Positions 26,100-39,780 of a stretch of 64,000 bases of DNA are shown here, one piece after another. The notes under the pieces were generated by a model. That model was not told the DNA's origin, made no database searches, and worked only from the letters and a program-made list of their open reading frames with translations. The translations under genes were made by a program, and so were the position numbers. The DNA is from Squalus acanthias (Eukaryota): NCBI GenBank assembly GCA_030390025.1, contig CM059431.1, positions 151,156,001 through 151,220,000 on the forward strand, written 5' to 3'. Each line of letters opens with the position of its first letter. Within the stretch, counting starts at the first letter, position 1.

Positions 26100-29000
26100 T
26101 TTCCCCTGTGTCTTTTCCCGTGGGTCTCTTTACCCCTGGGTCTTTTCCCCTGTTAATTTTCCCTGTTACTTTTCCACTGTGACATTTCCCCAGGTTCTTT
26201 GATCTGGGACTTTTCCCTTGAGATATTTACCAATCGTCTATTCCCAGTGAAATTTTCCCCTGGAGCTTTTCCCCTGAAATATTTCCCCATGTCATTTACG
26301 CTGTGGATTTTCCCCTGGATATTTTCCACTGGTTCCTATCCATTGGGTCTTTTCCCATGTGGCATTTCCTCTGGTTGTTTTCCATTGAGATATTTCCCCT
26401 AGGTTTTTCCCCGGGGAATTTTCACCTCGGTATTTTCCTCTAGTTCTTTACTCCGAGACATTTCCCCTGAGTCATTTCCCCGGGACATTTCCCCTGAGTC
26501 TTTACCCTTGGTCTTTTACCCTGGGACATTTCCCCTGGGTATTTTCCCCAGCGACTTTTCCCCTGGGGATATTCCCCTGGGTCTTTTCCCCTGTGACTTT
26601 TTCCCTGGGTGTATTCCCCTGGGTGATTTCCCCTGGGTCGTTTCCCCTTGGAATATTTACTCTGGGACTTTTCCCCTGAAATTATTCCATGTGCTCTTTT
26701 TCCCTGTCTCTTTTCCCCTCAGTCTCTTCCCCTAAGTAATTTCGACTGGGACTGTTCCCATTGTTCTTCTCCCCTCGATCTCTTCGCCTGGATCTTTTAA
26801 CCTTGTTCTTTCCCCATGGACCTGCTCCACTGGTGCTTTTCGCCTTGGACTTTCCACTGGGTCTCTTTTCGAATGGGTCTCTTTTTCCCTGGGTCTCTTT
26901 CTCCCTGTTTCTTCTCCCCACTGTCTCATCCCCAGGGTCTTTCCCTTGGATGCTTACCACTGGGTCTTTAACCTTTGTCTTCTACCGTTGGTCTTTTCCT
27001 CTGGGATTTCTCCCCTCAGCCTTTTCCCCGGATCTATTTTCTTCTAGGTTTCATTTTCCCTGTGTCTTGTCCCCTGTGTCCTTTCCCTGGGTTTCTTTCT
27101 CTCTGGGACTTTTCCACTGGGTTTTTAACCTCTCGGACTCTATTCCCCTGACTATTTCTCCTGTGCCTCTTCTCCCCTAGGTATTTTCCCGTCGCCCTGT
27201 TCCCCTGTTTCTTTTCTCCTGGGACTTTGCCACTGGATCTCTTTCCCTGGGATTATTCCCATGGGTCTCTTCCGCTGAGTATTTTCCCCTGGTTCTTTAC
27301 CACTTGGAAAATCCGCTGGGCCTCTTCCCCGGCTCTCTTTTCCCTGGTTCTTTTCGCTGAGACCTTTCCCCTGGATCTTTTCCCTGACTCTTTCCCCTGT
27401 GTCTTTTCCCCTGGGAGTATTTCCTCTGGGACGTTTCCCCTCGGTTCAATACTCCCTGGGTCTTTTACTCTGGAACCTTTGCCCTGGATCACTTCCACTG
27501 GCTCTTTTCTGCTTGGTTTTCTCCCCTCAATCTCTTCCCCTGAGTGATTTCCACTGGGACTGTTCCCCTTGGTCTTCTCCCCTCGTTCACTACCCCTGGG
27601 ACTTTTACCCGTGCTCTTTTCCCCTGAATCTTCTCTCCTGGGACTTTTCCCATGGGTCTTCACTCTGGGACTTTTCTCCTGAGATAATTCCTTTCAGTCT
27701 TTTCCCCATGGAATTTTCCCCTGGGGCTTTTCCTCTGGTTATTTTCCGTGAGATATTTTCCCTGGGTCTTCTCACTTGGGACTTTTCCTCTGAGATATTT
27801 CCCCTGGGTCTTTTCCCCTGGGAATTTTACCATGTGTCTTTTCCCCATGGAATTTTCCCCTGGGCCTTTCTCTCTCCTTCTTTTCCCCTGAGACATTTCC
27901 CCTGTGACTTTTGCCCTGGATCTCTTCTCCTGAGGCGTTTACCTCGGTCATTTACCCTGGGATATTGCTCCTGGGTCTCTTTCTACTCCGACTTTTCCCC
28001 TGGAACTTTTCCCCAAGGACTTTCCAATGTGTCTTTTCCACTGGGTCTCTTTCCCCTGGGAATTTTACACTGGGACTTTTCCCCTGTGTGTCTTTTCCAC
28101 TGGGTCTCTTTTCCCCTTGATCTTTTACACCGAGTCTTTTCCCCTGTCTTTCTTTCCCCTGGGAAATTTCCATTCTGTCTTTTCCCCTGTGTGTCTTGTC
28201 CATTAGATCGCTTTTACAATGGATCTTTTTGCCCGGCTTTTTCCCCTCGGTCTCTTTTCCCATGGATCTTTTCAAATGGATCATTTCCCCATGATTTATT
28301 TTCCCCATTGTCTTTTTTCTCCTGGGTCTTTTTCTCCAGGGACATTTCCCCTGGGTCTTTTTCCCTGGGACTTTTCCCCTGCAACTTTCCCATGGGTTTT
28401 TCACCCTGGGTCTCTTTTCCCCTAGGTCATTTCTGCGGTGACTTTTCCGCTGGTTCTTTTCAACCGAGACATTTCCCCTGGATCTTCACCCCTAGGACTT
28501 TTCCCCTGCGACTTTTCCACTGCGACTTATCCCCTTGGTCCTTTCCCATGGGACTTTTCCCCTGGGTGTTTTCCTTTTGTGGTTTCCCCTGGTTCTTTCC
28601 ACCTCGGTCATTACCCCTTGGTATCTTGCCTCTGGACCTTTTCCCCTTGGTTTTTTACCCCTGGGTCTTATACCCTGTAACTTTAGAATCGATCTCTGCC
28701 ACTGGCGCTTTTGCCCTGGGTCTTCTCCCCTCGGTCTATAACAAAGGTTATTTTCCTCTTGCTCATTTCGCATGGACCTGCTCCCTGGTACTTTTCCCCT
28801 CGGCCTCTTCCCCTGTGTCTTTTCTCATGGCTCTTTTCCTCATGTCTTCTCCAATGGATATTTTCCCCTGGGGATTTTCCCCTGGGCCTTTTCCCCTGTG
28901 TCGCTTCCCCTCGGTCTTTACCCTAGGTCTTCTCCTTTTGGATTTTTCCCCTGGGTCTTTTCCACTGGGTCTTTTCCCCTCGGTCGCTTTCCCTCTGGGT

Positions 29001-32000
29001 CTTTTCACCATTGAATTTCCCCTGGTCTATTCCCCCACAACATTTCCCCTGGGTCAGTTCCCCTGGGAATTTTCCCCTGAGATGTTCCCCCATGGAATTT
29101 TCCCCTGGGGGTTTTCCTCTGGGTGTTTTCCACTGAGACAGTTCTCCTGAGACTTTTCCCCTGAGATATTTCTCCTGGGTTATTTCCCCGGGAATGTTCA
29201 CCTCGATCGTTTTCGCTGTTTTGTTCCCCCTGAAACATTTCTCCTTGGACATTAGCCTGGGAATTTACTCCTGGAGCTTTTCCTCTGGATCTTTTCCCCT
29301 GAAAATTTCCCCATCTCATTTTCCCTGTGGATTTTCCCCCAGAATATTTTCCAGTGGTTCCTTTCCCCTGCGTCTTTTCCCCTGGGGCATTTCCTCTGGT
29401 TGTTTTCAATTGAGACATTTCCCCTGGGTTTTTCGCCGGCGAAATTTCACCTCGGTATTTTCCTCTAGTTCTTTACTCAGAGACATTTCCCCAGGGTCAT
29501 TTCCCCAGGACATTTCTTCTGAGTCTTTACCCAAGGTCTTTTTCCCTGGGACATTTCCCCTGGGTATTTTCCCCAGCAATTTTTCCCCTGGGGCTATTCC
29601 CTTGTGTCTTTTCCCCTGTGACTTTTTCCCTGGGAGTATTCCCCTGGGTCTTTTCCCTTGGGTCGTATCCCCTTGTTATCTTTACTCTGGGACTTTTCCC
29701 TTGAAACCCTTCCACGGGCTCTTTTTCCCTATCTCTTCTCCACTCAGTCTCTTCCCTGAGTAATTTCCCCTTGGACTGTTCTCCTCGGCCTTCTCCTCTC
29801 GGTCTCTTCGCCTGGATCCTTTAACCTTGTTCTTTTCCCATGGACCTTCTCCACTGCTGCTTTTCGCCTTGGACCTACCGCTGGGTCTCTTTTCGAATGG
29901 GTCTCTTTTCCCCTGGGTCTCTTTCTACCTGCTTCTTCTCCCCACTGTTTCTTCCACTGGGTCTTTTCCCTTAGATGCTTACTGCTGGGTCTATAACCTT
30001 TGTCTTCTACCGTTGGTCTTTTCCTCTGGGATTTCTCCCCTCAGCCTCTTCCACAGATCTATGTTCCCCTAGGTTTCATTTTCCCTGTATCTTGTTCTCA
30101 GTGTCGTTTTCCTGGGTCTCTTTATCTCTGGGTCGTTTCCCCTGTTACATTTCCCCGAGATCTCTTTCTCTTTGGGTCTTTTCCCCTGGGTATTTTCCCC
30201 TGTGTCTTCTCCCCTGGGTCTTTTCTCTTGGGCTTTTCCACTGGGTTTTTACCTCTCGGACTCTATTCCCCTGCCTATTTCTCCTGTGCCTCTTCTTCCC
30301 GAGGTATTCTCCCCTCGCCCTGTTCCCATTTGTCTTTTCTCCTGGGACTTTGCCACTGGATCTCTTTCCCTGGGTTTATTCCCATGGGTCTCTTCCCCTG
30401 AGTATTTTCGCCTGGTTCTTTACCCCTGGGACATTCCGCTGGGCCTCTTCCCCTGGGTCTCTTTTCCCTGGTTCTTTCCTCTGAGAATTCTCCCCTGGGT
30501 CTTTCCCTGGGTCTTTTCCCCTCTGTCTTTTCCCCTGGGTCTTTTCCGCTGGGTGTTTTTCCTCTGGGACGTTTCCCCTCGGTTTCATACTCCCTGGGTC
30601 TTTTACTCTGGAAACTTTGCTCTGGATCTCTTCCACTGGCTCTTTTCTCCTGGGTCTTCTCCCCTCAGTCTCTTCCCCTGATGATTTCCACTGGGACTGT
30701 ACCCCTTGGTCTTCTCCCCTCGGTCACTACGCCCTGGGTCTTTTACCCATGCTCTTTTCCTCTGGATCATCTCTCCTGTGACTTTTCCCCCGAGCTATTC
30801 CGCCTCGGTCTCTTCCGATTGATCTTTACGCTAGATCTTCTTCCCTTGGATTTTTCCCCTGGGACTTTACCATGGGACTTTTCCCCTGGGTCTCTTTGCC
30901 CCTGGGTCTTTTCCCCTGTCAATTTTCCCTCGATCTTTTCCCCTGAGACATTTCCCCCGGGTCTTTACTCTGGGACTTCTCCCCTGAGATATATCATTTC
31001 GGTCTTATCTCCATGGAATTTTCCCCTGGGGCTTTTCCTCTGGTTATTTTCCGTGAGATATTTCCCCTGGGTCTTCTCACTTGGGACTTTTTCTCTGCGA
31101 TATTTCCACTGGGGCTTTTCCCCTGGGAATTGTACCCTGTGTCTTTTCCCCTTGGATTTTTCCCCTGGGCCTTTTCATCTACTTCATTTCCCCTGACACA
31201 TTTCCCCTGTGACTTTTGCCCTGGATCTCTTTCTCCTTGGTCTTTCCTCCTGCGACTTTTCCCTGTGACTTTTCCCCTGGGTCTCTTCTCCTGAGGCATT
31301 TCCCTCGGTCTTTTACCCTGAGATATTTCTCCTGGGTCTCATTCTACTGCGACTTTTCCCCTGGAACTTTGCCCCAAGGACTTTCCAATGGGTCTTTTCC
31401 ACTGGGTCTCTTTCCCCTGGGAATTTTACACTGGGACATTTTCCCCTGGGTGTCTTTTCCATTCGGTCACTTTTCCCCTTGGTCTTTTACACTGAGTCTT
31501 TTCCCCTGTGTTTCTTTCCCCTGGGAAATTTCCATTGGGTCTTTTCCACTCTGTGTCTTGTCCACTGGGTCGCTTTTACAATGGGTCTTTTCGCCCGGGT
31601 TTTTCCCCTGAGTCTCTTTTCCCATGGATCTTTTCCAATGTATCATTTCCCCATGATTTATTTTCCCCATTGTCTTTTTTCTCCTGGGACTTTTGCTACA
31701 GGGACATGTCCCCTGGGTCTTTTTCCAGGGACTTTACCCCTGGAAGTTTCCCCTGGGTGTTTCACCCTGGGTCTCTTTTCCCCTGGGTCATTTCTGCGGT
31801 GACTTTTCCGCTGGTTCTTTTCAACTGAGACATTTCCCCTGGATCTTCACCCCTAGGACTTTTCCCCTACGTCTCTTCCACAGTGACTTATCCCCTGGGT
31901 CCTTTCCCATGGGACTTTTCCCCTGGTTGTTTTCCCCTTGTGGTTCTCCCCTGGTTCTTTTCACCTGGGTCATTACCCCTTGGTATTTTCCCTCTGGAAC

Positions 32001-35000
32001 TTTTGCCCTTGGTTTTTACCCCTGGGTCTTATACCCTGTAACTTTAGCTTTGGATCTCTTCCACTGGCGCTTTTGCCCTGGGTCTTCTCCCCTCGGTCTA
32101 TACCAAAGGTTATTTTCCTCTTGCTCATTTCGCCTGGAACTTCTCCCTGGGACTTTTCCCCTCGGCCTCTTCCCTTGTGTCTTTTCTCATGGCTCTTTAA
32201 CTCATGTCTTCTCCAATGGATATTTTCCCCTGGGGATTTTCTCCTGGGCCTTTTCCCCTCGGTCGCTTCCCCTCGGTCTTTACCCTAGGTCTTCTCCTTT
32301 TGGATTTTTCCCCTGGGTCTTTTCCACTGGGTGTTTTCCCCTGGGTCGCTTTCCCTCTGGGTCTTTTCACCATTGAATTTTCCCTGGTTCTTTTCCACTA
32401 AGACATTTAACTTTTTCTTAGACATGGGACTTTTCCCCTGAGACATTTCCCTACGGTTTTTTCCCTGGTCTATTCCCACACAACATTTCCCCTGGCTCTT
32501 TTCACCTGGGACTTTTCCCCTGAGATGTTCCCCCACGGAATTTTCCCCTGGGGGTTATCCTCTGGATCTTTTCCCCTGAGACATTTCTCCTGAAACTTTT
32601 CCTCTGAGATATTTCCCCTGGGTCATTTCCCTGGGAATGTTCCCCTGGATCGTTTTCGCTGTTTTGTTCCTCCTGAAACATTTCTCCTGGGTCTTTAGCC
32701 TGGGAATTTTCCCCTGGAGCGTTTCCTCTGGATCTTTTCCCCTGAAATATTTCCCCATGTCATTTTCCCTGTGTATTTTCCACCAGGATATTTTCCACTG
32801 GTTCCTTTCCACTGGGTCTTTTCCCCTGGGGCATTTCCTCTGGTTGTTTTCCATTGAGACATTTCCCCTGGGTTTTTCGCCGGGGAAATTTCACCTCGGT
32901 ATTTTCCTCTAGTTCTTTACTCAGAGACATTTCCCCAGGGTCATTTCCCCAGGACATTTCGTCTGAGTCTTTACCCAAGGTATTTTCCCCTGGAATGGCG
33001 GGATTGACCTATGAGGAGAGACTATGTAGTTTAGGGATGTACACACTGGAGTTTAGAAGATTGAGAGGGGACCTCATAGAAGTGTATAAAATTCGGACAG
33101 GTCTAGACAGACTAGATGCAGAAGGAATGTTTCCCTTGGCGGGTGAGAACAGAACTAGAGGACATAATTTAAGGATAAGGGCTAAACCATTTAGGACAGA
33201 AATGAGGGGGAATTTCTTCACTCAGAGGGTGGTGAACCTGTGGAACTCATTGCCACAGAGGGCAGTGTACGCCAGCTCATTAAATATATTTAAGAGGGAA
33301 TTAGATATATTTCTACAGGCAAAAGGGGTTAAGGGTTACGGAGAGAAGGCGGGGACGGGATACTGAATTGGAGGATCAGCCATGATCTCATTAAATGGCG
33401 GAGCAGGCTCGAAGGGCCGGATGGCCTACTCCTGCTCCTATCTTCTATGTATCTATGTATCTATGTAACTTTTCCCCTGGGGCTATTCCCTTGGGTCTTT
33501 TCCCCTGTGACTTTTTCCCTGGGAGTATTCCCCTGGGTCTATTCCCCTGGGTCGTTTCCCCTTGGTATCTTTACTCTGGGACTTTTCCCTTGAATCTCTT
33601 CCACGGGCTCTTTTTCCCTATCTCTTCTCCCCTCAGTCTCTTCCCTGAGTAATTTCCCCTGAGACTGTTCCCCTGGGCCTTCTCCCCTCGGTCTCTTCGC
33701 CTGGATCTTTTAACCTTGTTCTTTTCCCATGGAAATTCTCCACTGGTGCTTTTTGCCTTGGACTTTCCGCTGGGTCTCTTTTCGAATGGGTCTCTTTTCC
33801 CCTGGGTCTCTTTCTCCCTGGGTCTTCTCCCCTCTGCCACGTCCCCTGGGTCTTTTCCCCTGGGTATTTTCCACTGGGTCTTCTCCCCTGGGTCTTTTCT
33901 CCTGGGTATTTTCCACTGGGTCTTCTCCCCTGGGTCTTTTCCCCTGGGTATTTTCCACCGGGTCTTCTCCCCTGGGTTTCTTTCTCTCTGGGACTTTTCC
34001 ACTGTGTTTTTACCTCTCGGACTCTATTCCCCTGACTATTTCTCCTGTGCCTCTTCTCCCCGAGGTATTCTCCCCTCGCCCTGTTCCCCTGTGTCTTTTC
34101 CCCTGTGTCTTTGTGCCACTGGATCTCTTTCCGTCGGTTTATTCCCATGGGTCTCTTCCCCTGAGTATTTTCCCCTGGTTCTTTACCTCTGGGACATTCC
34201 ACTGGGCCTCTTCCCCTGGGTCTCTTTTCCCTGGTTCTTTCCCCCTAGAATTTTCCCCTGGGTCTTTCCCTGATTCTTTTCCCCTCTGTCTTTTCCCCTG
34301 GGTCTTTTTCCACTGGGTCTTTTTCCTCTGGGACGTTTCCCCTTGGTTTCATACTCCCTGGGTCTTTTACTCTGGAACCTTTGCCTGGATCTCTTCCACT
34401 GCCTCTTTTCTCCTGGGTCTTCTCCCCTCAGTCTCTTCCCCTGAGTGATTTCCACTGGGACTGTTCCCCTTGGTCTTCTCCCCTCGGTCACTACCCCTGG
34501 GTCTTTTACCTATTCTCTTTTCCCCTGGATCTTCTCTCCTGTGACTTTTCCCCTGGGCAATTCCCCCTCGGTCTCTTCCGATTGGTCTTTACCCTAGACC
34601 TTCTTCCCTTGGATTTTTCCCCTGGGACTTTACCATGGGCCTTTTCCCCTGGGTCTCTTTTCCCCTGGGTCTTTTCCCCTGTCAATTTTCCCTCGATCTT
34701 TTCCCCTGAGACATTTCCCCCGGGTCTTTACTCTGGGACTTCTCCCCTGAGATATATCCTTTCGGTCTTTTCCCCATGGAATTTCCCCCTGGGGCTTTTC
34801 CTCAAGTTATTTTCCGTGAGATATTTCCCCTGGGTCTTCTCAGTTGGGACTTTTTCTCTGCGATATTTCCACTGGGGCTTTTCCCCTGGGAATTTTACCC
34901 TGTGTATTTTCCCCTTGGATTTTTCCCCTGGGCCTTTTCCTCTGCTTCATTTCTCCTGCGACTTTTCCCTGTGACTTTTCCCCTGGGTCTCTTCTCCTGA

Positions 35001-38000
35001 GGCATTTCCCTCTGTCTTTTACCCTGAGATATTTCTCCTGGGTCTCATTCTACTGCGACTTTTCCCCTGGAACTTTTCCCCAAGGACTTTCCAATGGTTC
35101 TTTTCCACTGGGACATTTTCCCCAGGGAATTTTACACTGGGACATTTTCCCCTGGGTGTCGTTTCCACTCGGTCACTTTTCCCCTTGGTCTTTTACACCG
35201 AGTCTTTTCCCCTGCGTTTCTTTCCCCTGGGAAATTTCCATTGGGTCTTTTCCACTCTGTGTCTTGTCCACTGGGTCGCTTTTACAATGGGTCTTTTCGC
35301 CCGGGTTTTTCCCCTGAGTCTCTTTTCCCATGGATCTTTTCCAATGGAACATTTCCCAATGATTTATTTTCCCCATTGTCTTTTTTCTCCTGGGACTTTT
35401 GCTCCAGGGACATGTCCCCTTGGTCTTTTTCCAGGGACTTTACCCCTGGAACTTTCCCCTGGGTGTTTCACCCTGGGTCTCTTTTCCCCTGGGTCATTTC
35501 TGCGGTGACTTTTCCGCTGGTTCTTTTCAACTGAGACATTTCCCCTGCATCTTCACCCCTAGGACTTTTCCCCTCGGCCTCTTCCCTTGTGTCTTTTCTC
35601 ATGGCTCTTTTCCTCATGTCTTCTCCAATGGATATTTTCCCCTGGGGATTTTCTCCTGGGCCTTTTCCCCTCGGTCGCTTCCCCTCGGTCTTTACCCTAG
35701 GTCTTCTCCTTTTGGATTTTTCCCCTGGGTCTTTTCCACTGGGTCTTTTCCCCTGGGTCGCTTTCCCTCTGGGTCTTTTCACCATTGAATTTTCCCTGGT
35801 TCTTTTCCACTAAGAGATTTAACTATTTCTTAGACATGGGTCTTTTCCCCTGCGACATTTCCCCACGGTCTTTTCCCCTGGTCTATTCCCCCACAACATT
35901 GCTCCTGGCTCTTTTCCCCTGGGACTTTTCCCCTGAGATGTTTCCCAATGGAATTTTCCCCTGATCGTTTTCCTCTGGATCTTTTCCCCTGAGACATTTC
36001 TCCTGAGACTTTTCCCCTGAGGTATTTCCACTGGGTCATTTCCCTGGGAATGTTCCCCTGCATCGTTTTCGCTGTTTTGTTCCCCCTGATACATTTCTCC
36101 TGGGACTTTAGCCTAGGAATTTTCCCCTGGAGCTTTTCCTCTGGATCTTTTTCCCTGAAATGTTTCCCCATGTCATTTTCCCTGTGGATTTTCCCCAGGA
36201 TATTTTCCACTGGTTACTTTCCCCTGGGTCTTTTCCCCTGGGGCATTTCCTCTGGTTGTTTTCCGCCAGGGAAATTTCACCTCGGTATTTTCCTCTAGTT
36301 CTTTACTCCGAGACATTTCCCCAGGGTCATTTCCACAGGACATTTCCCCTGAGTCTTTACCCAATGTCTTTACCCCTGGGACATTTCCCCTGGGTATTTT
36401 CCGCAGCAACTTTTCCCCTGCGGCTCATCCCTTGGGTCTTTTCCCCTGTGTCGTTTCCCCTTGGTATCTTTACTCTGGGACTTTTCCCTTGAATCTCTTC
36501 CACAGGCTCTTTTTCCATATCTCTTCTCCCCTCAGTCTCTTCCCTGAGTAATTTCCCCTTGGACTGTTCCCCTGGGCCTTCTCCCCTCGGTCTCTTCGCC
36601 TGGTCTTTTAACCTTGTTCTTTTCCCATGGACCTTCTCCACTGGTGCTTTTCGCCTTGGACTTTCCGCTGGGTCTCTTTTCGAATGGGTCTCTTTTCCCC
36701 TTGGTCTCTTTCTCCCTGCTTCTTCTCCCCACTGTCTCTTCCCCTGGGTCTTTTCCCTTGGATGCTTACTGCTGGGTCTTTAACCTTTGTCTTCCACCGT
36801 TGGTCTTTTCCTCTGGGATTTCTCCCCTCAGCCTTTCCCCAGAGTCTATGTTCCCCTAGGTATCATTTTCCCTGTATCTTGTCCCCTGTGTCCTTTCCCT
36901 GGGTCTCTTTCTCTCTGGGTCTTTTCACCTGTTACATTTCCCCGAGATCTCTTTCTCTTTGGTTCTTTTCCACTGGAAATTATCCTCTGTGTCTCTTCAA
37001 CTGGCTCTTTTTCCCTGGGTCTTCTCCCCTCTGCCTCGTCCCCTGGGTCTTTTCCCCTGGGTCTTTTCCCCTGGGTTTTTTCCCCTGGGTCTTTTCCCCT
37101 GGGTCTTTTCCCTTGGGTATTTTCCCCTGGGTCTTCTCCCCTGGGTCTTTTCTCCTGGGCTTTTCCACTGGGTGTTTACCTCTCGGACTCTATTCCCCTG
37201 ACTATTTCTCCTGTACCTCTTCTCCCCGAGGTATTCTCCCCTCGCCATGTTCCACTGTGTCTTTTCTCCTGGGACTTTGCCACTGGATCTCTTTCCCTGG
37301 GTTTATTCCAACGGGTCTCTTCCCCTGAGTATTTTCCCCTGGTTCTTTACCCCTGGAACATTCCGCTGGGCCTCTTCCCCTGGGTCTCTTTTCCCTAGTT
37401 CTTTCCCCTGAGATTTCTCCCCTGGGTCTTTCCCTGGGTCTTTTCCCCTTTGTCTTTTCCCCTGGGTCTTTTCCCCTGGGTGTTTTTCCTCTGGGACGTT
37501 TCCCCTCGGTTCATACTCCCTGGGTCTTTTACTCTGGAACCTTTGCCCTGGATCTCTTCCACTGGCTCTTTTCTCCTGGGTCTTCTCCCCTCAGTCTCTT
37601 CCCCTGAGTGATTTCCACTGGGACTGTTCCCCTTGGTCTTCTCCCCTCGGTCACTACCCCTGGGTCTTTTACCAATGCTCTTTTCCCCTGGATCATCTCT
37701 CCTGTGACTTTTCCCCTGGGCTATTCCCCCTCAGTCTCTTCCGATTGGTCTTTACCCTAGATCTTCTTGCCTTGGATTTTTCCCCTGGGACTTTACCATG
37801 GGACTTTTCCCCTGGGTCTCTTTGCCCCTGGGTCTTTTCCCCTGTCAATTTTCCCTCGTTCTTTTCCCCTGAGACATTTCCCTGGGGCTTTACTCTGGGA
37901 CTTCTCCCCGGAGATATATCTTTTCGGTCTTTTCCCATGGAATTTTCCCCTGGGGCTTTTCCTCTGGTGATTTTCCGTGAGATATTTCCCCTGGGTCTTC

Positions 38001-39780
38001 TCACTTGGGACTTTTTCTCTGAGATATTTCCCCTGGGGCTTTTCCACTGGGAATTTTACCCTGTGTCTTTTCCCCTGGGATTTTTCCCCTGGGCCTTTCC
38101 CTCTGCTTCTTTTCCCCTGAGACATTTGCCCTGGATCTCTTTCTCCTTGGTCTTTTCTCCTGCGACTTTTCCCCTGGGTCTCTTTCCTGAGGCGTTTCCC
38201 TCGGTCTTTTACCCTGGGATATTTCTCCTGGGATTCTTTCTACTGCGACTTTTCCCCTGGAACTTTTCCCGAAGGACTTTCCAATGGCTTTTTCCTCTGG
38301 GTCTCTTTCCCCTGGGAATTTTACAATGGGACTTTTCCCATGGGTGTCTTTTCCATTCGGTCACTTTTCCCCTTGATCTTTTACACTGAGTCTTTTCCCC
38401 TGTGTTTCTTTCCCCTGGGAAATTTCCATTGGGTCTTTTCCACACTGTGTCTTGTCCAATGGGTCGCTTTTACAATGGGTCTTTTCACCCGGGTTTTTCC
38501 CCTGCGTCACTTTTCCCATCGATCTGTTCCAATGGATCATTTCCCCATGATTTATTTTCCCCATTGTCTTTTTTCTCCTGGGACTTTTGCTCCAGGGACA
38601 TGTCCCCTGGGTCTTATTCCCTGGGTCTTTACCCCTGGAACTTTCCCCTGGGTGTTTCACCCTGGGTCTCTTTTCCCCTGGGTCATTTCTGCGGTGACTT
38701 TTCCGCTTGTTCTTTTCAACTGAGACATTTCCACTGGATCTTCCCCCCTAGGACTTTTCCCCTGGGACTTTTCCACTGGGTCTTATCCCCTGGGTCCTTT
38801 CCCATGGGACTTTTCCCCTGGGTGTTGTCCCCTTGCGGTTTTCCCCTGGTTCTTTTCACCTGGGTCATTTCCCCTTGGTATCTTTCCTCTGGAATTTATC
38901 CCCTTGGTTTCTTAACCCTGGGCCTTATACACTGGAACTTTTGCCCTGGATCTGTTCCACTGGCGCTTTTGCCCTGGGTCTTATCCCGTCCGTCTATACC
39001 CAAGGTTCTTTTCCTCTTGCTCTTTTCGCTTGGACCTTCTCCATGGGACTATTCCCCCCGTGCTCTTCCCCTGTGTCTTTTGTCATGGCTCTTTTCCTCA
39101 TGTCTTCGCCAATGGATATTTAACCCTGGGGATTTTCCTCTGGGCCTTTCCCCCTGGGTCGCTTCCACTCGGTCATTACCCTAGGTCTTCTCCTTTTGGA
39201 TTTTTCCCCTAGGTCTTTTCCACTGCGTGTTTTCCACTGGGTCGCTTTCCCTCTGGGTCTTTTCACCTGTGAAATTTCCCTGGTTCTTTTCAACTAAGAC
39301 ATTTCACTTTTTCTTTGCCATGGGACTTTTCCCTGAGACATTTCCCCTTGATATTTCCCACTGGTCTATTCCCCCACAACATTTCCCTTGGCTCTTTTCC
39401 CCTGGCACTTTTCCCCTGAGATGTTTCCCCATGGAATTTTCCCCTGGGAGTTTTCCTCTGGGTCTTTTCCCCAGAGACATTTCTCCTAAGACATTTCCCC
39501 TGAGATATTTCCCCTGAGTCATTTCCCTGGGAATGTTCCCCTGGATCGTTTTCGCTGTTTTTTTTTCCCCTGAGACATTTCTCCCGGGTCTTTAGCCTGG
39601 GAATTTTCCCCTGGGGCTTTTCCACTTGTTCTTTTCCCCTGAGACATTTCCCCTGGGTCTTTTCCCCTGGGTCTCTATTCTCCTGGGTCTTTTCTCCTGC
39701 GACTTTTCCCGTGGGCATTTTCCCCTGGCTCTCTTCCACTGATTATTTCCTCTCAAATTTTCCCCTGGGACTTTTCCCCA
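26100..39780. repeat. Higher-order repeat domain B, ~3.2-3.5 kb unit, about 4 copies
   Basis: ATCGTTTTCGCTGTTTT occurs at 29206/32649/36062/39545. CGCTTTTACAATGG occurs at 28209/31571/35277/38465. TTTTCGAATGGGTCT occurs near 26866/29890/33779/36677. Confidence 0.9.
32989..33466 (+). mobile_element. 5'-truncated CR1 LINE (ORF2 C-terminus + 3' UTR) inserted in the satellite
   Basis: Open frame PGMAGLTYEERL...RRLRGDLIEVYK...RTRGHNL...FFTQRVVNLWNSLP...GYGEKAGTGY*, followed by the CR1 3' UTR (GGGCCGGATGGCCTACTCCTGCTCC) and a (CTATGTAT)n tail. Confidence 0.95.

Noticed and set aside
32854-33366. 170-aa satellite-CR1 fusion ORF as a new gene
   Set aside because: Chance in-frame junction between stop-poor satellite and a young LINE tail; no promoter or splice support.
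49-39739. Hundreds of ORFs, up to 601 aa (12356..14161, 27399..29150), F/P/L/G/S/W-rich on + and K/R/G/E-rich on -
   Set aside because: The A-poor + strand rarely forms stop codons. All frames give the same monomer-derived peptides, and 14/15/16-bp units shift frame constantly, so there is no coding signal.
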